Assembly: GCA_052426225.1 (NCBI GenBank)
Contig: JBNJNM010000015.1
Span: 682,001-746,000 of the forward strand
Source: Zancudomyces culisetae HAW-14-8
Lineage: Eukaryota; Fungi; Kickxellomycota
Reading direction: 5' to 3'
DNA: 64,000 bases
Made by a program: the position numbers and the translations under genes
Part shown: piece by piece, positions 34,964 through 45,976 of the stretch
How the letters are laid out: each line of letters opens with the position of its first letter
Position numbering within the stretch: position 1 is the first letter of the stretch
The notes under the pieces: model-generated
The model's database searches: none
What the model was told of the DNA's origin: nothing
What the model saw: the letters and a program-made list of their open reading frames with translations, nothing else

Positions 34964-37900
34964 ATGAACTCCAAAAACAACGACAACAGTCTTTTCAACA
35001 AACTTCCGGCAAGTATCCTGTCAACCATATTTGTTCTTGTCCAGAACCCTCAACTATCACTGTTGAACGAAAATATGCACTACGCCTCACAACAGGTAGA
35101 CACTATTAGCAAGTACATACTTTTATATGCTTTATCTGACACAAAGGATAATTTGGAGTCAAATTTAAGTACAATATTTGAGAAATACACGAGAATAAAT
35201 ATAAATGAAACGGCCGGGACATTGGTTCTGAGAAAAATCAAGAGTTTGGACTACGAAACAGCTCTAAATATGGCATTTAAGTACAAGTGGAGGAATGTGC
35301 TAAAAAAACTGCTAAAGATGTATGTGGTGATTGATAGAAACACTTCGGCAGTTGTATATAAGGGTACTTTATTTATGAACGAGGGTGAATACCTAGATGT
35401 TGATATTGGAAGTTTATTTTTGGAAAACAGTGAATCAGAAAAGGACCTAATAGATATCAAGATTTCTCACTCTCTTTATTTCAGGCCGTTGTTGAGGGTA
35501 GGTGAGGTCTCAGCGAATCTTATATGCATAATGGACTGCAATATCTCTGGGAAACGCGACATCGAAATGCTAATAGATATCTGCAATACTGAGTTTGAGT
35601 TTCATCCTGAGGTGTGTAGCTCTGTTGGAAGAAATATTAGATGCATAGATAACAAATACATGGCATTTTGTATATTGATGGCTGCACGTGAATGCTGCAG
35701 ATTGAACAGCCTTGATTTTTTAAAAAGGATCTTAGATATAGAAAGAGACACAAATATTCCTTTTGAGGTGTTGCAATCGGTAGTAGACACACGTGGTATG
35801 CCTATAGACTATGAATTAAGTGCGTTTGTTTGAGAATATGAATATATAAATAGATTGGATTTGTTGAGCTATACACTGTGTGCATACTATTCTACTGAAG
35901 AAGATAAGAAAGAATTGATAGAACACTTTAAAGTGAACTATCCCGATGTAAAGTACCAACAAATATTGTTCGATGTAGCTATACACCATGAAAGGGAGGA
36001 ACTAGTTAAAGAATATTTTTTCAAAGTGGAATCAAACTCGGAAAATATAAGTAAAATAACTAAAATGGCATATAATAATCATAATATCGAACTCATACGA
36101 CTACTATTGGGCAATTGTGATAAATTTAACGGAGATTTAGACAAAAATGCGTTGAAAACCGCTATAAAAGAGTATGAATACGAACTAGCGCTGGAAATCA
36201 TAAATAGATATCCAAATATAGTGAGTATTAATTGTTTAGAGAAAGCTGTGGAAAGTGGAGATACCAGAATTGTAAAACTACTTATTGAATCTGGAGCGGA
36301 TTTAAAATTACCTCATTTTGAAGGAATATTAATTGCCGTCAAAAAAAGGATATCAATGTGTTACAATTGCTATTGGAAAATGGTGCTTCTGTTGAGCCAA
36401 ATGTTCAGCATGATATTGAAAAGTCGAGTAGTGTTAAAAATTATGAAATAGCAGAACGATTGTTGATGTTTTCAGAAGATAAGCTTAAGGTTAAGTGTAA
36501 AACTTTAGGAGACAAACTCAAATTTGGAATGGGACTGAAATTTAGTAAAACAATAATGTGTCTTATCGGACTTTATCAAAAATATGATGCATATAATGAT
36601 AATGCCGAGCTTGATGATTTTTATGAATATATGGATTTATATGAGAAGATGATGACAAGTACAAACTCAAAAAAAAAGGACATTGTCAATGTATGTGCGT
36701 CATATTTTGCAACTCTTTTACATCCTTCTTGTAACAACAAAAGTAAAAGAGCTTGTTACGATAAAGTGGTTGATATTATTGAATATATTGTTGAAAACGA
36801 CTCAGAAATAACATTCAACAACACTGAACACTGTGAAACCAACGAGTTAGAAAACGAGAAAGATGTAGAACTATTAAATGATGAGCATTATGAGCTAGCA
36901 AAGTCAGAATTGGTGAGCCGAAACTTTAAAATGTTGAAACTGTTAATAGAGCATGGAATGAGTGTCAATTCGCATGATAGTTTAATCTTGAGAACAGCAT
37001 ACAAAGCAGGTGATATTGACTGGATAGATTACTTTATCAGTAAAGGTGCAAAACTAAGAGATGAATCGGATGGGTTTGAAGAGGCGTGTGAATCAGATAA
37101 AGTTGAAGTTTTGCAGCACTGGATGAAGAATGGTGGTGTTGTACCCATGAATCCAGAATATCCTTGTATTAACATGGCATGTTTAAAGGGTAATTTTGAT
37201 ATGGTTAAACTGCTGGTAGAAAATGGAGTTGATTTGAGTGATCCAGAATATAATGGAGTAAGGATTGCATGTAGATTGGGTCTCAAAAGAACATTGAAAT
37301 ATCTTTTGAACAATAACGCTGTGGTTGGGGATAATTGTAGATACCAATTAGAACGTGTATGCGTGGTTGGTGATATTGGGCTGGTAAAAATGATTCTTGA
37401 ATATTATGATGGTTTGGGAGTATTGGAAATGAGAGAAAACACGAATACAAAGGATGGAGAGCTAAAGAATGTTTCTTGGTTGGATGATGAAAACACTGAC
37501 TGTGTCGAAGAATATAAGATTACTAAAACCTTACTGAAAAATGGCGAGCCTATCCAAAATAGCGATTTGTTTGACAGAGTAATAGCAGCAGTTATATTAG
37601 CCAATATTGAAATATTGAAACTGCTGCTCTCTTACAATTTTGATTCCAACATCGCATCTAAAATACTGAAGTTTGCCGTGCAATTGGAAAATATTGATGT
37701 GGTGAAGGCGCTTTTGGAGAACGATTTAAGCCCTAAGGATGACTCCAGCATTATAGATATAGCATTCAAAACAAATAACTCTGAAATTGTCAGATTATTA
37801 TTACAGTACGGAGCAAAAATTGGTAAATATTCAAGTGAGCTTACAAAGTATTTAAATCTAAACGGCGCTGAAAAACTGCAGTTAATATTGAATTATTGTC

Positions 37901-38358
37901 CTGAGATTGATGGTGCTTCCTACTTACTTCAAGACTCTATTCGAGAAAACTATGTAGAGGTGGTTAGGTTGCTTTTGAAACATACAGTCACGCTTGAAAA
38001 CGACAGATATGATTGTATATTTTATGCCTGCAAGAGTAACAATCTGGAAATTCTTGAACTGTTGATTGAAAAGGGGGCAAAAATACAAAAGGGACAAAGT
38101 AGTGGGATAATCCAGGCTTGCAAAAGAAACAATCTGGAAATTTTGAAACTCTTGCTGGAAAGAATTCCGAATTTGGTATTAAAAAATAATTATGGACTGA
38201 GGGAGGCAATCGAACAGGAAAATGCAAAAATGATCAAGCTGGTGATAAATTATGGTACTGATACTAGTGAGCATATTGAATCAATCATGGAGGTTGCAAA
38301 CGAACTAAATGAGCACGAATTGATAAATATTTGCAAGAATATGAACAGTGGAAATTAA
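34964..38358 (+). pseudogene. F-box-like N-terminus plus ankyrin repeats (~1130 codons), interrupted by an in-frame TGA (35831-35833) and a frameshift in an A7 run (36341-36347)
   Basis: LFNKLPASILSTIF is F-box-like. The frame continues past the TGA (EYEYINRLDLL). One extra A restores IAVKKKDINVLQLLLENGA. Many ankyrin motifs, e.g. ACLKGNFDMVKLLVENGVD. Confidence 0.8.
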
Positions 38359-38854
38359 GCATCTAGAGGGTTGGCGTATATGAATTGTTTAAACATATAT
38401 CTTTTCGATACAAAAGTGATAATTTAAAGTGATATAGAGTACTTTATGCACCTTTAATCGATATTTAGTAATTTTTCATAGTAGGAAATGATTGAACATA
38501 TTTTTCTGAGTTGTACATGATGGATGAATGTTAGGATAGCATCTTGATAAAAATTCATTCCAGAAATAATAAGGGTAAAAAGAAAAAAGCTAAAGTACTA
38601 TCCTTGGTCAAGCTGAAAACAGCATGATTTTTGGATGGCGTCTGTCTATATAGGATAAAAAATATTAAATCAACTCATGGCAGAAAAAACCTCGTTGGAC
38701 CAACTCCTGGTGGGTATGAAGCCTCTAGAGGGACAGAGGGGAATTTGATTAAAAACATCTTGTGTAGGATTGGTTCTTTTTCAGTTTTATGTAGTATTCA
38801 TATAATATACCCATCATGGGTAATAAAAAAAGATGTTTCCTTTTCTTTCCAACC

Positions 38855-38925
38855 TTTCTCTTTTTCTTTTTCTTTTTCTTTTTCTTTTTCTTTTTCTTTT
38901 TCTTTTTCTTTTTCTTTTTCTTTCT
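38855..38925 (+). repeat. (TTTTTC)n hexanucleotide microsatellite
   Basis: About 10 tandem units; the reverse complement of the 23458 repeat unit. Confidence 0.9.
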
Positions 38926-39051
38926 CCTCAAACCTTCGATTTTGGAAAATAAGAAAAAAATATAATGATATATTTAAACTTTTATTCATTTCCCAATTAT
39001 TCCTTGTTCTTTTTTTCTTTTTTCGGAATACTTTTTATAAACTACATACCA

Positions 39052-40119
39052 ATATTATCCGTGTACTCATAAATATCATAAGTCATATTATTTGATATTC
39101 ACATATTGCATATCACTATATTAAACATTGAAAAATAACGTTTTGATAGTGATGTTAATGAAAAGGTATAAAAACCCAACTCAAGTCTTCATTTTTTTTC
39201 TTACCTTACATCTTTTAATCAAAATTACAATCGAGAGCACCGATTTTTCTTTAACACAATCAATATGAATTCATCAACTGATAAATTTTTAACTGAAATT
39301 GGAAGTGGTCATATTTCGATCAAGGAATCACTCGACAAAGTTTCCTTATCCGACACATAGGAGTACAAAGAGTTTGTACTAGTAAGGGAATCTTCAAATA
39401 GCTACAACAATATTGATGGTGTTGTTGGAAAATCGCTCAAGGGTTACCACTATTTACTTAAAAAGGATTCTAATGAGTTCCGGATATACTTCTTTAATAA
39501 CAAAGAAAAAAAAAAGTACTTGGGTGAAAAACTAACAACAGAAGATGGAGCCGAGTTAAAGAAGTTTCATGTATCCAGTGAATATTGTCTTTTTAAAATA
39601 GATATTAGAATATGTGATTTTGAGGGTTTGAATAACTTAAAACGTATAACTGATGCTATAGGTAAAGAGTTTGACAATATTATTGATATTAGAGTAAACT
39701 TATTAGAAAAGAACACCAACTCATTAAAACATGTGTAACTGTATATAAAGACCACCTCAAAAGAAATCACTAGTAATAGTGTTGTTGTTGAAGGAAAATC
39801 TATCTCACTTACTGCTACTCGTATTACAGACTACTTTCCTATTTAATAATCGTTTATTTGTAAGTTGAGGGTACATTATCGATTTTAATCAATATGATAG
39901 TCAATTTCCTTTTTTTCCATTATACTAATAAATTATCATCCACTCTGCTCTTCTTGTGGTTTGCAAAATGGAAGGAAAGTGCTATTTTGATCAAATCTCG
40001 CCTTAGAGTAATTGGAAAAACCAGGATATTCAAACTTTGTTTATCTGGATAGAGTGACCTATAGAATGAACACAGTTTTTTCCTTACTAACCGAGTAATC
40101 TGGTAAAAAGTAGCATTCT
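39052..40119 (+). repeat. ~1.1-kb duplicated unit, copy 2
   Basis: Colinear with 30116-31219 (see copy 1). Confidence 0.85.
39265..39846 (+). pseudogene. Full-length paralog of 30340-30921 with two in-frame stops
   Basis: One frame runs from ATG 39265 to TAA 39846 (ends TATRITDYFPI), with TAG at 39358 and TAA at 39736 and no frameshift. Confidence 0.85.
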
Positions 40120-43100
40120 GTTACTTTTTGTTACGGGTTGTTAGTTCCATTATAACATATCACTAGTGAGCTTCACAGCTAATTCAAAATCATTGATCAG
40201 ATATATGTTTTAGGTCGCGAGGAGAGCGGGAGAGAAGAGAATACTAGCACTTAACAAGTACAAAAGAAGGAAAAGTTGAAAATTTTGGATTGTAAACGCA
40301 ACTAGATACGGCCAGTTTCATATCTAATGTTTCTTGTGTTTTCGAAAAGTTTTTAAAAACAGTAAAACCTCCATGATGAATACTAAGAGATATATAATAC
40401 ACTGTTTATGGTAAATGTCTACTTTCTCTACCTCTCATGATGCGAAATAGACACGACGTACTGAAAATCCAAATCGTAGCACAATAGCCCTGCTATTGTT
40501 ATCGCTTTGACCATTCCGGGCTCTTGTTTTTTTATTGGATATCCCACATATAAAACTGAGTTTTGAATGAACATGTTTTGGCAAAAGGTAGTCTTTCACG
40601 ACTTTTTTTTACAACAGTTCAGTCTTTTTTTACCCCTTAAATGTCTAGTTACGTTGCAACCAAAGAATCAAAGTACTAAAGTCTACTTTGTCCTTCATGA
40701 ATGTATAGTCATATACTGATTCATAGTTTTATTTTGAAATCCTTGATTAACAATGGGTTTACTGATACCGATTATAATTATGTACAGAGTTATAGTTCGT
40801 GTTTTTTCTTGGGAAAAAATTTAAAAGCCTTAAAAAGTGGGCAAAAAAGAGTATCACTGATATAAACAAAATGATTTACACCCCTTAATTTATCGTAACA
40901 TTTATTGATTTTCGAATTAGTGCGACTTTTGACAATACAATTGATATGCGCGTCAAAAAGCAAACAAACAATAAAACAGAATGATCAAGCATGAGGTGAT
41001 CGCATTTTACATTCAAAAAACTTGTTATAACTATAAATACTGCAATTGTGAGAATCGCCCAGACTACCTCAAAAGCTTGCAATTATTACAAAGTACATGA
41101 ATATCAGGATACCCAGACTGTAGAATATTACCTCTAATTTTTTTGTTCTAGTGTGGTTGGGTCTGTACTTGCGCAAGTATTACTACTTCATTTGATGTGA
41201 ATGTTTAATAGGTGTGTAATTTCAATTGTCATCAAAAAAATAACCAGCATAATACACGCAAAATGCTCGATAAATTTTTTGCGGTAATCATGGTATTTTC
41301 TTTTTCTTTTCCGTCAATACGATCTTTTGGAATATTTCAATGGTGTAGAATGGTTGGGGGGAGTGAAATAAATTAGATAATGGGCGTTGAAATAACCAAA
41401 ACAACAAGCAAAGATCCTAACACCTTTTATTTTCAAAAAAATTGTAATTTCATTTGTGGTTTCACAGTTCTTTTATAGTAAATATAATGTTATTGCAAAA
41501 AAAAAAACAAGTGTAAAGATTTTCATTTCTATCTCTCAACCAGTGATGGTATGTTTCACAAATTTCCTGGTTAGGCGTTTATATTTTCAGCAGCAAATAA
41601 AACTCGTTATCCTCCTCTCAACTGTAGAGAAAATATCAAGATGCAAAAAAATCGGAAGCAAAAAAATAAAAATAAAAATAAAAGTAGTGGATCGAGATGA
41701 ATCCAAGAAACGATAGGAGCAGGTTTTATTTTTTGGGAAAAAAAAACAAAAAAAGATCAGAGATGGGGGATAAAAGGAGATGGATTTGTTGAAAATAGAT
41801 GTTAAATGCTGCAATGTAAGAGGTCCTTTTACTACTTATCAGTATTTCAACCTTGGTGAGTTTGTCTTTTTATTAAAATTCATTTGCTTCATTTTGTGGT
41901 CAAAAAAATATTTTTCGTCTTAATCGATAATAATAAAAAAAGTCAAGATAAAATGAATATCATTGGAATTATGGGAACATCTGGGTCTCTACCATCATTT
42001 TTATTTTATTTTATTTTATTTTATTTTGCAGCGTATATGTTAGTGCAACCAAGCAGAGCATTTGCTGCGATACTTTTGCAAGTTGAAATAGTTTTCGATG
42101 TATGGGTTGGTTATATGTTGCTAGCATGTTAAATCGAATGATGACTAATACAACAAGAACAGACACGACATGTTTTGCATTTGAAAATAAAAGTTAAAAT
42201 ACAAGCTAATTACGTAATGCTATGACATCTTTTATTCCTTTGACAGCAGGGGGCATAATTTATGGGAACCTATTCTATAATGGTCAAAATCTGAAACTTA
42301 CCAGTGATTAAAAAAAACAAGTAAAATGATACAAAAATAAAACCAAAACCAAAAACAAAACCAAAACTAAAATAGGACTGGATGAAAAGGCCATGTAGAT
42401 ATATTCCACTTTGTGTTTCTCAAAAATTAATACACGTTTTCCACAGAGATAAAGCAAAAAAAGTGGAAAAAATGAACCATGTTGAAAACTTCCACATGGA
42501 TAAAAAAAAAAGAGTTAAGGAAGTCAGTTAATTCACTTGATATCCACTTGGGTTTAAACTGATAAACACAGTTCAGTAATTGTGATCCATCATCTTCCAA
42601 TAATTTTTCTGTTTTGCATTTATCAATATCAGGTTTAGTAATCAATGAATTGATAGTTATAAGCAGTAATACGGCAATTAAACACATAAAAAATGATACA
42701 GACATCAATATTACCTGAAATGCAAATCATAAAACGAACCCGAAGTTTTTTTTTTCAACAAAAAGGCGCTGTAGCAAGAGTGCATAAGACAACGCAAGTT
42801 GCATGATAAGAAAGGTTGGGTGTTGTTAAAAGGTTCTTGTGTCCGTTGAGCGTATTTTTATGTTTGGGCAGTTATACGAGTCGAGTCATCAACTGTAAAA
42901 TGATAACTGTGAAACCTGCACTGTAACCTACAAGAAGATTTTCCATGTCTTTTCGATTACATCACAATCGCCAAAGTGAGTAGCAGGGTAAAGTACTCGA
43001 GCTTTTCTTTGTGAATTAAAGTGAAAGAGTTTAAATTTCGAAAAATGCTTGGAGGTGAGTAACTATTGCAGATTTCCATTGCGCAACCATTTTAATATTG

Positions 43101-44214
43101 GCTTTTATTTCCAATAATACTGATTATTGTAATAGGTCTGATACGTAATTCCCATTTTAAGGTAATTCGACACCAAAATTGTAATTATTTTATTCCCACC
43201 CTCCATATCTCCGTTTAGCTAAACTTGGATACTTTTTATTATATTTATTGGTACTAAAATAATGTAAAATAACATTAAAAATCCAATCAGTTGAAAGTGT
43301 ACAAATCACACCATATTTCACCGTATCATGTTTAGTGTACAAAAAAAGGCTGTAAAACAGTAATTTGAAGATTATATATTTACTTTTTTTTTTGTCTGTT
43401 TTGCTATTGTTTTCATTTTATTCTTGAATTATTTTATTACATTATCGATAGTTGTGCAACGATTAACTTCCTTTTTTGAACAATATCTAAAAATAATTAA
43501 AAGCTGGATTTTGTTAATCCACAAACTCGTATAAAAAATCTGAATGAAAAAGAGTTCAACTAGCCAAACACTTCAAAGATGCAGTATTGTTTCAGAAAAC
43601 GCACGCTGTTTAGTTTACCCTGCTCAAGTACAAAAACGACGAACAGCGATTAAATATCTTATTCGTTTGTATAAAAGCAGAATGACGTTTCCGAGTTTTT
43701 GTTTTAAAGTAAAGGTCGAAAGTTTGCGCCTATAAATTTGTACAATTGTTGTCATCCACAAAGTCCACCCGACGTTTTGATACATGACAGACACCCTGAA
43801 CCCTAAACTTTGAATGTGGGCTTGAAAACAATGGATCCATAAGTGTCAAGTGTTTCTATTTGTTCTAGAATAATCCATTACACACACCTTCCCCCTCTCT
43901 TCCCCCCAGGTTCAAGCCCAATAAAATGGAGGTTGTCGAATCAACAAAGTGTTTGCATATTTCTCTGCTTAAATGGAGATTTTACCATTCATACGCTGTT
44001 TTTTACATTGCTTCTTGCCAAACTTTTAAAGTAAATGGTAGAAAAAAAAAAGAAAACTAATGGGGGGAAAAATACGTAGCTGAAAAATTAAAAAGCGGAG
44101 AACAAACTAGATTGTTTTTTTTTTTTTTTACAAACGAGATTGTTCTTTTTTGTTCTTCTCCATAAAACTTTTTTTTATTCCACAAAAAGTGAGCGGGCAT
44201 AAAGTTATGGGTTA

Positions 44215-45463
44215 CCAATGAAAATCGCACAATGTATCACGTTCAATATTTAGGAAGTGATTTTCAAGCAATTCTTTTTTTTGGAGAATCTATTGAAAAA
44301 AATGCTGAGACAAATTTTATGCTGATTGGTAATCAGAGCGCAACAACAGGTTAATAATTTCGATTAGATTGACCAATGGTACATAAAAAAAAGTATGGGA
44401 AAATAAATTTCAAACCTTCTGCTGATTATTAGATGCAAATGGCTTAATTTTGCAAGAGGGGGTATCATAATCAGTAATCAATCCGATGGGATATTCGTGA
44501 TTGTAAAAATAAAATTGATCAATAAGAGATTAATGAAAAAGTAGTTGCATTTTGTAAATTATGTCACACTTGAAAAGCAAATGGGGCAAAAAATAGGAAA
44601 ATAAAACGAGGTAGAAATATACGGGTTGGGTAGTTATTAATTTTGTGGTGAAAAAGTCAAAAAAAAATCGAATTACATAAACTTAAACAAAAGTAAAATA
44701 ATACAAAATCATGTGCTTACAACGAGATGGGTTATTTTCATTTGAAAAATGATGGAAAGGGAGGGGAAAAGGCGAGAGAGACTTGTAAAGTTAAGTTTTT
44801 GGGTCAAAAAACTTGTAAGCGTGATTGGGAGGAGTGCTCTTGGCCGAATGCTGTACTTAGAATAGATACCTATTGAAATAAGACAAGCTTATTCTTTTTT
44901 TTATTAAACAAAAAGCTCAACCAATCGGTCGAATGAGAGGCGGCAACAAAATCTAATGATTAATAATACGCTTTCTAGGATTTAATAGGTAGTTAATTAG
45001 TTTTATAGCTTTCACGTTCCTAAATTAAAGAAAAAATTTCGTAAACATAAAATCCTCACTTCAGTTGACTAAAGCGCCGAAGGGTCTAAAAATTAGTAAG
45101 AAATGTCAGGAAATAAAAAGGTGCAAATTAACATCAGAGATAAAATCTATTGAATTTTCAATAGATTAAAAAAACATTCGGTTTTTTTTTGCAGCATTTC
45201 AAATTCAAAAAGAACCAATGAAAAGTAACACGATATGATGTTATGGATTGTTTTACATTGGTTAGTTCACTATATGGTTTTTCCGTGTTTTTATTTTTCT
45301 AAGCAAACTAGAAGCGATTATTGTTATTAAAAGATAAGTAAAATTTCTTGGTTAATCCTCTAAATAAAATAAAAAAGAACTAAAGACCACAAAAAATTTT
45401 ACATTGGACATTTCTCGATTGTTTCAATATTAAATATTATGCTTTGTACAAAATAAAAATTGG
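44215..45463. promoter_or_regulatory. Cluster of CCAAT boxes upstream of the iron-responsive GATA gene
   Basis: CCAAT/ATTGG at 44215, 44325, 44373, 44824, 44921, 45215, 45257, 45403 and 45459. Confidence 0.45.
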
Positions 45464-45976
45464 AATACCCCACCATTTAAATATCTTTAGTGGTAGTGAA
45501 ACTTTGAGCAGGAAGAAATAGAAAGCCGAGACACATACTGGCAGCAAAAGAAATACCAGTATTCGTTAGACAGTACGGCATATTAATTTACCGGACGTAC
45601 AATAAACAGAGAAAATCAGTTTATATATACTGGAACAAATTTTTTCAAGAGTCTTGAAAGGCAATATACTCTTGTCAATAAGCACAGTAACCGTGTGTCT
45701 AGAAAAGGGGTAGTAATTAGTAGTGAATAAAGACAATAATAGAGGAAATAGTTTATAGAAATAGTGCAAGGATATTTGCAAAAAAAAAAAGTTGGAGCAG
45801 ACAAGTAACAGTATATAAAAAAAAAGGAGGAGGAAAAAGACAAATACAAATACAAGAATTGAAAAAACAACAACAACAACAACAAAGGTCATACTAAAAT
45901 AGTTGTGCATGATAACTTGTAAGTTTATGACAAGGAAAACAGAAAACCTTGCTAAAGTAAATTAAAAAATCGAAAC

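Noticed and set aside
36338-36350. Programmed -1 frameshift at GTC AAA AAA AGG
   Set aside because: It is not a canonical in-phase X XXY YYZ heptamer and I saw no stimulatory structure; a homopolymer indel or error is simpler.
14693-39846. Global stop-codon reassignment explaining the in-frame stops
   Set aside because: Conserved genes end at TAA (gamma-COP, SKI2), TAG (calreticulin, right after KDEL) and TGA (Rho GEF), and none has internal stops.
40885-42708. Short hydrophobic ORFs (40885-41082, 41884-42132, 42427-42708)
   Set aside because: They have non-ATG starts and composition expected from AT-rich DNA, and I could not build a splice model.
43817-43920. tRNA-like B-box GGTTCAAGCCC with an inverted TGGGCTTGAA
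   Set aside because: No cloverleaf or A-box can be built.
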